In this document: positions 13,609-25,875 of the stretch, piece by piece
Numbering within the stretch: position 1 is the first letter of the stretch
How the letters are laid out: every line of letters starts with the position of its first letter
Source: Tubulanus polymorphus
Taxonomy: Eukaryota; Animalia; Nemertea
DNA length: 64,000 nt
Assembly: GCF_964204645.1 (NCBI RefSeq)
Contig: NC_134031.1
Location: 1,054,001 to 1,118,000 of the forward strand
Direction: 5' to 3'
Notes under the pieces: generated by a model
The model's input: the letters and a program-made list of their open reading frames with translations, nothing else
Database searches by the model: none
What the model was told of the DNA's origin: nothing
Made by a program: the position numbers and the translations under genes

Positions 13609-16218
13609 TTATATTATGATCAAACCTACAAGAATATCATTTCAAAAATTGACTAGAAATTATCAAAAACTCCGAACAAACTATAAGATTTCAGTAGAAA
13701 TATTTTCTTTAACGAATTCTACCATACGTACGATGCAGCGCAGCTGTGTCGCAGCTCAATTCATCCGTTTTATCGGAACTAGGTTCTCCATCTATAGATA
13801 GATTCTGGTTCGTTTTTCTTCCCTCATCTTGATTCGTATCGGTTTTATATTCCATGAATCACAAGAAATTTATAGAAAAAAAAACATAATCTCGAGGCGC
13901 TAGAATTGAATATTTCAGAAGTGAATCAGTGTACTGGATCGACCCGGGTTATTTGCTCATCTCAATAGCTTTCTCTCTCTCTCTCTCTTTATTATATCGT
14001 CAATTAATTCCCCGGACAAATTCACATCATTTGCTTAATGAGATTTTTGGATGGAAGCGAGAAATTACAGGCGACGTTTTGAACGACCGTTACCCGTATA
14101 TAAACGTTAATTACGCAGAACATATGGACGTCCATCGGGACCGCGGCTTGATATGAGCAATCATTTCAACTAAACTATTACCGACTCTTATTTTTCTGAC
14201 TCAAAAGCTCGTTAAACACATTCGCCAATTGTCTCCCTGCGAGATAGGAACGTACGTAAACTCATCTGATTCCCGGTTTTAAAGGGGAGATGATTATTTT
14301 TCTCGTAGAAGGCCAGACAGACAATGAACAAACTAATCGATATTAAACCACCCGAGCCGATAGATTTAACGCTTGAATTACTGGGTTATCCTTGGCGTTT
14401 TTTTGAATGATGATTTTATAGCTCGTCGGCTTCAAACGGCAAATACTCAACTGAGTCACTGAGTGGGCGAGGTCGACGATACGGGAATAGATTTATTCGT
14501 TTAGAACTGCTCTCGATAGGTGTCGCTATTGAGTGTCGTTTCGTATTATCATTTGACAAATGATTACTAAGACTAAGTGTTATAACAGTTCACTGTTCTC
14601 TGAAGCATAATGGAGTTCAACATCCTCGGTGTTCGCTGATTCTACTTCAAGTAGTAGAATTTTGCGCCGAGTATCAGAAAGTTGTGTAATTATAGCTGTA
14701 GCTATAGATTCGATGTCGTCTTTGTACGCGTTAACTGTCACTGTCACTGTCACTGTCACTGCGCAGCTATAAAACTGTCACTACCACTTCAACACGAACT
14801 GAGAGAGAAGAGAGTTTCTCATCAAGTTGCGGCAGAGGCGATGGGATGAAATCGTTTTGTTCCGTTTTATCATCGATCTTAATCTCGACAGTAGAAGATT
14901 GTAGCCGTATTTTTCTCGATGTCAAACGACGACGTTCTCGAGTTTAGGGCATAGTTTTGTCACCAGACCGATTCACACCGATCTATTGTCGCTAGTATAT
15001 TTTTTTTTTTGTTATTCGGCAGCGAAAATAGATTTGTGGCGAAACGCCTGTCCAATTATGTACAAGTTACTGAGAATGATTGGATTCCGAACAGATCAGA
15101 AAAATTCTTTAGTAAACAATGGTGATTGATGGTGCAAACATGCTGAGTTTTTTCAGACCTTTTATGCAGTTTTCATTCGTAGTTATCCCATTCTATCAAA
15201 TTGATCTAGTTCCACTGTTGTGAGTAAGAGTAAATTCGGTGTTAAAGTTAGTTTTTCTTTAATGATTAAACTCTTGAGTCAAATTCAATGCGGAACTGTT
15301 GAACCTGAACCCGCAGATAACTTCACCCAGTCCTGCGCAGTGTGGCGGTCTCCACAGTGATCTACGTTGCTCGACAATCCTAGTGTACCCACCTGTCCAG
15401 TGGTACAACAGACACTAAGGGTTCTTGGTGAACAGATAACAAAAATACTGATCCTTCAAAACAATTTGAAAAAAGTTTGAATAAACTTTTAAATTTGAAT
15501 TAGTTGAAATTATAACAAAAAGGTCAGTATTATTTTATCGTAAGATGGTCGGACCATGTTTAGAGCTATCGTAAGCCTATGTTAGACGAAGACTTTGTAA
15601 ACCACCACCGGGATTTGCGGGATCGGACTTCATGGAAACCATTACGCAGATATTACATGAATATTGATATTAAGCTGTATATTAATCATTACGACTCATC
15701 AATAGTTGTCAGTCGGGGCATGTACAGAGTTTATATAAGCCGCTATCAAAATATAAGACCCTTAGTACAACAGTTTAAATATGGCTCCGTGCAGCTTCAT
15801 AACTTACCATGTGATCATGTTTGACGGATAGGTCACCAAGTGGCTTTTAGGTTAAATCTGGTTCGTCAAACATGAACAGATTTGATATCTAAATTATTAA
15901 TTATGAACTAACCCGGATAATACGGAATAAACAATTAGAATCCAGTCTGTTCAGTTAGTAGATAGAGTTTAACTCGGGGGATCGAATATTCAAAAATAAA
16001 CGAATTCTTAGAGTGTTGACTCTATTTCACAAATGCAGAATTTGGCCCTGATTGTTTTAGCTCGGACGATAACGGACGAATGTTTTTTAATTTAAAAATT
16101 AGAAATTGGTTTTGATTGGCTGGCGAGCAATGTTTATAAGCGAACGCACCAAAGAAAACAAAGAACAGTTAGATTGTCATTCAACCGATTCGTTGGTAAC
16201 CCCGTTACAATAAACCAG

Positions 16219-16407
16219 GGGTGGGCGCAGGAAAACCCAGTTAGTGCTAACCGTCGTTAGTACACTGTGGTTAGGCATAAACGGGCGCAAGAAAACGCTG
16301 TTAGCTGACCATTGCCTTCGTATGGCCTCTTATTTCAAGCTGGTTAGCCTAACCACGGAAAAGCCACTAAGCACGGTTAGGCTAACAGGGTTTTCCTGCG
16401 CCCGCCC
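16219..16407. mobile_element. MITE with long TIRs and 3-bp CAG target-site duplication (PIF/Harbinger-like)
   Basis: CAG|GGGTGGGCGCAGGAAAACCC...GGGTTTTCCTGCGCCCGCCC|CAG. Confidence 0.8.
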
Positions 16408-17692
16408 CAGTTCAACTTGTGCTGTGTTTGAGAACTACAGTGGTGCCTCTTTACAGCGGACTTCACGGGACCAGATAGTTCCACTTTATTCTATATGAAA
16501 CAGACTGCTCCTAGGCCGATCTGGTTACAGATACATTTTCAATATTTTCCATGCGGTACATATTTGCATTTTCAGGTCAATATGTTTGAATAATATTCAA
16601 TGTTCGTGTCACAGGAATTAATTGAATATATTCCGAACGATGCCGCAATTCTAGCAGGTGCTCGCTTAAATTGGTGGTTCTAAATTCCGATATTATTATC
16701 AAACAACACGGTCGTTATCCTATTTTAGGGCTTGTATTATAAACCAAAGATTTTTATCGCAAAGTTCTTATCTTAAAGTATTAAAATCTATGCGAATAAT
16801 TTGACGTTTATAAGGTCTGACGTTTCGCTCAGTTTGTCTATGAAATATAAATATCCCACGATATGATAAAAATATTGTTTATTATCTAATATTTTCGAGA
16901 TTTCCTATTATTAATCGGTTGACAATTGGAATCAGATATCAATACCCGAAACTGTTTGAAAATAAACCAGCCATGTCATCAATTGTGGGATGTTTATATT
17001 TTAGCGGTTAGTTCATTTAATTATACATCAAATACACCATAATCAATGATACCAATCGTAGTAACTGTTTAATCACCGGGGTTACTTTGAAATTAAATTC
17101 ATAAACAGACGTTATGCGTATGTAAAACCTCTATTCGGTTAAATTCCATATAATCTGTTACTAATTGCTGACGTATCGGAAGTGTGAGGACGGTGTGAGC
17201 TGGCCTGAAACAAACACTAGTCACCGGGAGAGTGGAGTACGGGTATATAGCACCAGCAGCTGATGCGTCCTGAGCTCGCTGCGAACCACCGGATCGAGTT
17301 CGCTATACTCTATGTGCGGTGCGCTGTTCCAGGCTGAGCGCGGCGTCACCGCAAACATATCTGACGTTTAATTACGCTACGGTCAATTTGGGTTTTATTT
17401 TGAAAAAAAAAACTAAAAACATTTACAAACAGTTATTCCCGAGTTCTTCGTCAGAAAGCGACGCGGTTTGGGAATTTAATTACGCGTGTGTTTGTGAGAG
17501 AGTATTCATCATTTTTATCAATTTGTGTGGAATTTAAAGTTAAGTAATTTTTTCTCGCTTTGCGCGTAAAAACGGCAGCTCTCCGAGGTGTGGGTTAACG
17601 ATGTATTTCATCCGTATACAATCGTCAAACGGCGAAGGAAAGCTTCATTGAAAGTATTCTTTATTCGGTGGAGTTTGTGAAATAGATCTACG

Positions 17693-17934
17693 ATGCCGAC
17701 AGAGGCGAAAAGAGGCGCGTTCTTTACGAAGAAACGCGGAGCCACGGCCAGCGTCGATCGGGCTTGGGAAATATATTTCAGGGACGATTTCCGAAATTTC
17801 GTCCCGGAAGAAAACACCGCCGACTTGGATTACGAACAACGAAACGTCGCCGACGGTAACTACGACCAAACGAGAACCGATCGCAAAAACAATTCCGTCA
17901 ATCAGTCGAATCCTCGAATTAAAAATCGAAATGG
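17693..17934 (+). CDS. cac: Cav2 alternative upstream coding exon 1b (MPTEAKRGAFFTKKRG...PRIKNRN-G)
   Basis: 80-codon open, coding-like frame ending at a phase-2 donor GG|GTAAGA (17934/17935), in frame with the exon at 36613. An in-frame TGA lies just upstream of the ATG. Confidence 0.6.
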
Positions 17935-18477
17935 GTAAGAATATGTATAAATAGATTCTACTGTTTTTATTTGTGCGCCATTTTTTTCTGCGCGTTTATA
18001 TTCAGATACTTCATTGTTGATATTACAATTTGGAATTCGCTGTGTCGAAACCGATAACCGATAGCAAGCGGTTGAAATTTCCCATTACTTTATGTATCAA
18101 ATACTGGCATTATCGTTTTCTATATATCGACAATTCTGCATTTTAATTCAAGAGCGCTTTTTATTGGAAATGCATCGCAGCTACTGTTGGCCAGTAATTG
18201 GAATCTATGCGTTCAGTCTCACTACGCACGTTTCATAACGAAATGCGAAATATTTGCGCGTTTGAAAATATGAAATCCCGAATTCGGGGAGAATAAGGAA
18301 TCCGAAAACGATTCCTCGAGTTAATGATTCATTTTGGACGTTTTGATTTGAGACGTTTTTATTTTTTTCAATTTCGGGACGTTTTTATTGTCGTCTTCCG
18401 GAATACTGATATCAATTTATGCCTTCAGAATTGAGTATTAAAGTTGTGTTTCCCCGGAAGAAAGATTTCAACTGGGC

Positions 18478-18640
18478 CTAAATCCCACACTTAGAAAAAG
18501 AAAAGAATCAGAAATGTTTCCTTGAGCTGGTAAGTATTCCCGAAGAAGACTATTATGATATGGTCGAAACGTGTAATAAATACCAGCTCAAGGAAACATT
18601 TCGGACTCTTTTTTTAATTCTCAATGGGGGATTTTATACG
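18478..18640. mobile_element. Inverted-repeat element with a degenerate hammerhead-like core (same family as 61166-61512 and ~52860-53000)
   Basis: GAAATGTTTCCTTGAGCTGGT...ACCAGCTCAAGGAAACATTTC arms; internal TATTCCCGAAGAAGAC...GTCGAAACGT. Confidence 0.65.
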
Positions 18641-20036
18641 GGGACTCAGAGCGTTATTATCAATGGTTGGAATTATACACGTAGGAATTATTCGGGTCGC
18701 TTTTCAGTAGAAATATACAGCGACTAAAAATTCGTTCATTTACTTTGATTATATAAGCAGATTTAGCAGTGGATGGTTGAACTGGGTTATGGGCGGGTGC
18801 GTATCGTTAGGCGGGTGATTTTATACCAACTGCGTGACGGCAACAGTTGTAACAATGCCGTGGATCTATTTCTGAATTTCTGAATAATTAATAGAATTCC
18901 AGGTGAAATTAATTATTGATACCTACACTATGATGTATATCTCTATTGTAGTATCAACTAAACATACATATATTATCTCCTATAACCGTTATATGTATAT
19001 ATATATATATAATATATGTGAATATTTGACTATTGATTTAACAAGATCCCTAGAATAAAACACGCACTGGTTTCCATTCATTCTTATTGATGAATCGTCA
19101 TCTGGTTGTCGAATATTCTGACTTCAGCCATGACGGAATCTTGAATTCCGTCTCAGTCATCGTGGTCCAAGTAAACTAACGGCTGAATACAGAACACTTG
19201 AGCTGCGGTGAATAAAGGAAATTAGCCACCTGCCTTTTAAGCGCCGAGTATCGATTAGGGACAGTAGGAGAGAGAGTAGAGAAAGAGAGGGAGGGGAGAG
19301 AGAGCAGAGCGATGCAATCGTGGTTGTCTTATTGCATTTCTACCACCTGAAATAGCTAGTATATCACTAGAGTCCGTGTTTGCTGCAATATTCTCATATA
19401 ATTGATTTGAAAAAAATTGAAACTTGAACTTGAGCAAATTGCTATATCAGATATTCTTCTCAACCCTACAACTTTGACGGGAGGCATCGACCACTAACTA
19501 CGGTTTTTTAGTGAAAAAGTAGCTTTTCTAAAAGGTACTTAGATACATTTCTTTCTGCTGCTTATGAACGAACACCCAACAATAAGCAAGTGGTTATAGT
19601 TCATGTTTCTGCTGATAGTTGCTTTGAGTCGAAACACCTTAAGTATTTTCGCCGTTGGCGAATTCCCCGTAAATAACTAGGACCGCGACGGCGCTCGTGT
19701 CGTTTGGGTCTGACACTGAATCGTGGATTAGTGATTACTGCCGTCAGCTTTGTCAAAAGCAACCATTTTATATGTTATTCGAAAAAAAGATAATAAATAC
19801 CACTCGGGGCCCGTTTTATAAGATTGAATAGAGGCATAGCCAGTGTAGCCCTACACTTTTTTGGTGTTTACCATTTCTAAAACACTTCTGATTCAAATCC
19901 ATAATCTTGTCGGGTGAGTTTAAGAGTTTAGATGAATTACATATATTATCTCTCTTTTGGTATTTGTGATGACATATATACATGTATTTCACATTTTAGT
20001 GCCTACAGCTTTTAAGATCGTGGCTTTAAGACCCTG

Positions 20037-20174
20037 GGGCCAGTTGCAAAGTCGTGGCTTAGACTTAAGACCAGTCTAAGACCAACTTAGTTCTATAGCC
20101 AATCTAACAAATTAAGACCAGTCTTAAGATTTAAGACCACTTTTAGACTTAAGTCACAACTGTGCAACTGGGCC
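20037..20174. mobile_element. MITE with TIRs and 3-bp CTG target-site duplication (PIF/Harbinger-like)
   Basis: CTG|GGGCCAGTTGCA...TGCAACTGGGCC|CTG; internal TTAAGACCAGTC subrepeats; degenerate relative near 50115-50295. Confidence 0.78.
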
Positions 20175-23100
20175 CTGATTATTAGTTGAAGTTGAGACTA
20201 GGTGATATAACTAGGCCCTGGACCCTGTGCCAGAGGTGACGTGGATATTCTTTCCCAACCATGGGCTCTTGAATGTCGTTTTTCGAGTCGACGGTTCAGT
20301 GGTCTAGTGAACGCGAAGGCTCGTGTTGTGCTAGTCTTCTAGTGTCTGATATTACATAGAATCATTGATACTGTTAGCTATGGAGTGTGTTCATGTCGAG
20401 CATGTGTTATTTAGTGATTAAAAGATAATTTGATTACTTGCTGATAATTGGAGACCGTTGAATATGCAATGTCTGTCTCCTCTCTCTAGTCAATTCTCAG
20501 GAGGATCTCAGCGCATTGATGCCATTCTCCAAGTTAGTGTTCGAGTCAAGTCAAGGCGAAAACGTATTATATCATTTCAGCGGTCAGGATAAATAGGGAG
20601 ACATTTTTTGTTTTTGAGATCATTGAAATGATAACTATGACATAAGCTTCATAGAATTATTTCTTAAAAAAACGAAACTAGTTTTAAAATCCATCTTACA
20701 ACAAAAGTAAAAGATGTCTACTTATGTTAAGAATGATAATTATATAGATGATAATATCGTCTGCAGTATTATCATGTAGCAATCCTCTCGCTTACAGACG
20801 GTAATATTGCGATGCAGATTCTTCAGTTCGTCGCTACGAAGTCTTAATTGCATCCGTGCTCAAATATGCGGTTTTATGATAGACGTTAAGGGATATCTGA
20901 ACCTTCATCGAGTCTGATCTGATAAACTGATACTTCGTATGACGCACACAACACCTGAAATCCACGATGAGAGACGCCATAAAAAACGCGAACAACAACA
21001 ACAAAAAAAGAAGTTTATTTCCACCGGCGCAGAATGATGTACAATTTAGTGCCATGAAAGAAGCATGCGGCAGTTCTATTCACCTATGAAGATACTGGAG
21101 ATAGTTTCATCTCGTGATTATTATTCCCAAATATTCGTTTTTTCGATTTTCGGTGTGTGCAGGATTTGAAGCGTTTTCTATCGGCCCAATGCAACGGCTC
21201 AGTGTTCACCGCGACGGGGAGTTACAATATGGTACACTGGCAATGATGGAAAAAGTATTAGCATGGCAAAAACAATAGCCGAGCTAAACTTTACCCTCTC
21301 GCAGCCCCCCTCCTGCTTTACGTTACATCAGGCCAAATCGCGTTTTAGTCAGACACGATTTAAACTTTGGTTCTTATTTACATATTCAACTCGTTTATAA
21401 TGTATAACGTTTATAGGCTAGTATATAATTTATAAAAACTAACTTTTATTTCTGTCCCGTTTTGTCGGATTTGGGGATGATGTAAATAATGCAGGATATG
21501 ATCGTAGCGTATAGTTCTGTGATAAACAACGCATGATACAAACATCGCTCGTTATATATTAGGAAAAAGCTGTGACTTAATAACTTCAATTTCCAATTCA
21601 TTTGTCAACGGAAATTTAGTTTTTCTCAACCCATTATAGACTTTCATCACAGTTCATTGGCTCATTAGGTACGGTACTAGTAGTTTTGAGTTTAATAGCC
21701 TGAAACCTTCTTATACTGTATATGAATATATCATATATTCTATAATATATCATATATTCTATAAACTCATTCATCGATATTAGTTTTTAGTTGAAAACTA
21801 AAAATACGGAATTTATGAATACGTTTACTTTTTAATCGTTTAGTTTATTTCATCGCAGATTTGACAATTTCGGAAAAAAGGTTCGTTGACAGTGTAAACT
21901 AGGCACACACCCACACACGCACGCAGAGTAGTTACGATTTTCAGTTTTATTTCGCGTGCAGGCGCTTTTCATCTATAATCGAATATATGCGCAAAATGTA
22001 GCGGAATAAATAACAAAGGGAGAATTAAACATACATTTTGACACGGTTAATATCGAGGCGACAGATGTAGAGCTGTATTCAAATATTAATTGCATAATTA
22101 TACACTTTGCCATTTACGCGTGTTTTTATATGGGCGAAACTCATATACATGTTTATTTATATATGTACTCACCGGACCTACCAATTATAGGTAGATTGTA
22201 TTACGTAATTTTTTACGTAGGACTATATTCCCAATTGCCCCAGGTAAAGATCCCCGATTCTAGTCAAAATAGGTAAAAAATACCCCCGAATGGAGCGCAA
22301 TAGAAAGATACCATTTCCGATCGTTTTATTCGTATTTGGTAGCGACTGCAGTGTCCCTAATGGTAATGTGCCTAACCTAACCATAACACTTTGTTTCATA
22401 AAACTAGAGCCATATAGTGGAAATGTAATCCTAACTGCAGTTAGACCCGTATCTGTTGAAACACGTAAGTTTGAGTATCAAATATTCAAAATCTGACCGA
22501 CTACAAGAATCATAGGTTTTTTCCAAATTTACCCGCTACATATATGAAACTATACCGTCAATAATATTCATCTGCCATTTCTTTTTTTAAAGCAATACCT
22601 TTAACAAAATGAGGATCCACACAATTGGCATTTATCATGTTTTAATGGTCTATATTTCTTCCGATTCGGCAATAGTTAAAACGCGTATTAAACTGATAAT
22701 ACCTAATACAATGATAGACACGGTATAAATGATGGGTCTGATGGTTGTCAGTACGCGGCGATGTACGTGGAGTGTTGTTGAAATTCCGATCGAAACCGTA
22801 GAAGTGGTTTGCAAACTTCCAAGGCACTTGAAAGTCACAACAGGTGCGCGTGAGGGATGGGACCGTTGAATTTTCCAATATTAACGCGCATCAGAATATA
22901 ATACCAATACATATATATATATATATATATATATACAGAGTGACACATCACATGTTCGACATTTTATATATTCAACTATTGAGCTGCCACCGATTTATGT
23001 AATTTTTCAAATTCACCCTATTCACATTCTATACTGATATACGACATGATATACGCTTTATGTAATAGATAAGGACGTTTGGCGGTTCTTATACATCATT

Positions 23101-23389
23101 AGCCGCTATATCTATCTATATATCTCTCCTTGTATACGGAGTTTTATGTGCATATCGATTTAAACTTGACTCAGTTTCGGGTCGCCAGTATGCGTTTCCT
23201 ATTAATAACGAATTTCGCCCACGAATTAATGAATTGTCATTCGACCGAGATAGCAGAAAAATAGTCGACATTGTTTTATGTTCACCTGGACCCAGTTCCA
23301 CGGTTTTAGGATCGATTTGACTCTGGTGATAAAACATCGACAATGAAGTCATTGAGTCAAATTCAATTGTGAACTGGAATCCGCATGAC

Positions 23390-24290
23390 CCACAGTTTTA
23401 TAGGTGTAATTTGATTCAGTGAACTAATCATGACGTTTTAAATGACCTAATTTCATCATAAGAGTTAACTCGAACTCACAACTGTGGAACTGGATCCTGA
23501 GTTCGGAGTTATCTCGAACTCACGTGGAACTGGATCCTGAGTTCAGTTATCTCGAACTCACGTGGGACTGGATCCTGAGTTCGGAGTTATCTCGAACTCA
23601 CGTGGGACTGGATCCTGAGTTCGGAGTTATCTCGAACTCACGTGGGACTGGATCCTGAGTTCGGAGTTAACTTTAACTCACAACCTGAGTTCGGAGTTAA
23701 CTCGAACTCGTTAACTGTAGAACTAGATCTTGTTATTTCCGATTCCACAGTTCTGTAGGTGTAATTTGATTCAGTGAACTAATCATGACATTGTAAATGA
23801 CCTAATTTCAACTCAAGTTAATTCGAGTTAGCTCTAACTCACAACTGTAGAACTGGATCCTGAGTTCGGAGTTATCTCGAACTCACGTGGGACTGGATCC
23901 TGAGTTCGGAGTTATCTCGAACTCACGTGGGACTGGATCCTGAGTTCGGAGTTAACTTTAACTCACAACCTGAGTTCGGAGTTAACTCGAACTCACCTAA
24001 CTGTAGAACTAGATCTTGTTATTTCCGATTCCACAGTTCTGTAGGTGTAATTTGATTCAGTGAACTAATCATGACATTGTAAATGACCTAATTTCAACTC
24101 AAGTTAATTCGAGTTAGCTCTAACTCACAACTGTAGAACTGGATCCTGAGTTCGGAGTTGACCCTATTTACTCACAACCGTAAAAGGGGTTTTGAGTTCG
24201 GAGTTAACTCTTACTGATAACTGTGGAACTAGTTTCTGAGTTCAGAGTTAACTCTAACTCACAACTGTGGAACAAGATCCTGTTATTTCA
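23390..24290. repeat. Complex satellite: 40-bp unit (GAGTTATCTCGAACTCACGTGGGACTGGATCCTGAGTTCG) within a ~300-bp higher-order duplication
   Basis: Tandem units, plus a TAGGTGTAATTTGATTCAGTGAACTAATCATGAC block occurring three times. Confidence 0.9.
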
Positions 24291-25554
24291 GGCTTCACGG
24301 TCTGTGTGTTACCTATAACAAGATTACACGTCGAATAAATTTTGACGTTTCCGAGAATTTGTGAGGAATTTTTCTCACCGTCAACTTCGTTTATTCGCTC
24401 CGTTTCGTTCGGTTCATCATCTTACAGTGGCGACGTGTAACAGGATTAGACGAATAAATTGTGTTCTTTCCAAGAAACGCTTGTTAATAGAAAACACTGT
24501 ATAATAAATGGACCCGAACATATGTATATATATATATATGGTTGAAGCCTGGTTTTATCAACATCTTCGTGTTAGTTGCTAATTCATGCCTGCGCTATGC
24601 ATTTGCTGTACGATCTTCTAGACTCTTAAGGTTTCGTTTCAACCCTCTGTGGAATCGGCTAATCCGATATGCACGTCAGAATTTCGAAAATCGTTCGATG
24701 ATTATTCTAACCATAGACTTAGTGAGTGTTCTAACGATGCTGGAGAATGGCTCATAAAGATCGTGATGGTTTTTACAACCGCCGCGTCTTAGTCATTATA
24801 AGTATAAGATTCACCTCATACGATGAAGTAAGATATATATACAATTTGGCCGTTCAGACAACGGAATTAACGACTGGACAGGCCTTTCATTGAACATACT
24901 CGAGACGTTCTGTCTCTCGGTACAAGTCAATTGAATGTTCTAGAAAGTCGCTGCACGGACACCGCCACGGACACCCGGTTACCGGACATGATGATAGTAG
25001 AATGGCGTGTCACTCAGACGCGGAGAATAGATAGATTACCAGATTGATTGATATTCAGTATTAAAAAATCGAAATCAACAGAACCGACGATAATCTCCAG
25101 AGATATCTTGTAATTTTACGATTTTGATTCTTCATAAATACATTTCGTTTTAATCGCTTTAATTTATTGATAGGCGGCTTCAATCTTTCGATAATAATGA
25201 TGATATTTTAGCCAGCTGTAAATTGTCTTTATAGTTTGACCATGGCAAACTTTTACCTATCATTAATTCATCAGCTTTTTCGAACTAGACAAAATCACCT
25301 TCATTTAAGGCTTTGTCATTTTCGCTGACTGAAACTTGTGAATACCAATTAGACTAGGCAGGTGCGTGGAACTGATACTACGCGTTAATTCGATGATAGT
25401 TTAATCCAAAAACCTGATCTCTTGCCGCTCTCAGTTATTTATTCGTGTATCCATCTCTGACACGTTTAATCAAGTTCGTTAACATCGGTCGAACCGGCTT
25501 CTAAATTCATCTAATGTCGTTTCAAATTAATTATTAATCGCGTGATCTAACGAC

Positions 25555-25875
25555 GGGAGATGAGGGAGCGGGTAGCGTGGAGTGGGAGCGGGGAGCAGGG
25601 AGCATTGAGCAGGGTGCACGGAACAGGGAGTTGGGAGCAGGGAGCGGAAGCGGGAACAGGGAGCATTGAGCAGGGAGCTCGGAACAGGAAGCGGGGAGTG
25701 GGAGCGGGAACAGGGAGCGGGGAGCAGGGAGTAGGGAGCAGGGAGCATTGAGCAGGGAGCACGGAACAGGAAGCACGGAGCAGGAAGCGGGGAGTGGGAG
25801 CGGGAACAGGGAGCAGGGAGCGGGAGCGGGGAGTGGGAGCGGGAGCGGGAACGGGGAGCAGGGAGTAGGGAGGGG
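25555..25875. repeat. G-rich minisatellite (GGGAGC/GGGAACA-based)
   Basis: Seen directly; explains the spurious LPAP ORFs. Confidence 0.92.

Noticed and set aside
25527-25776. Pro/Leu-rich or Gly-rich repetitive ORFs
   Set aside because: Translations of a G-rich minisatellite; no splice context.
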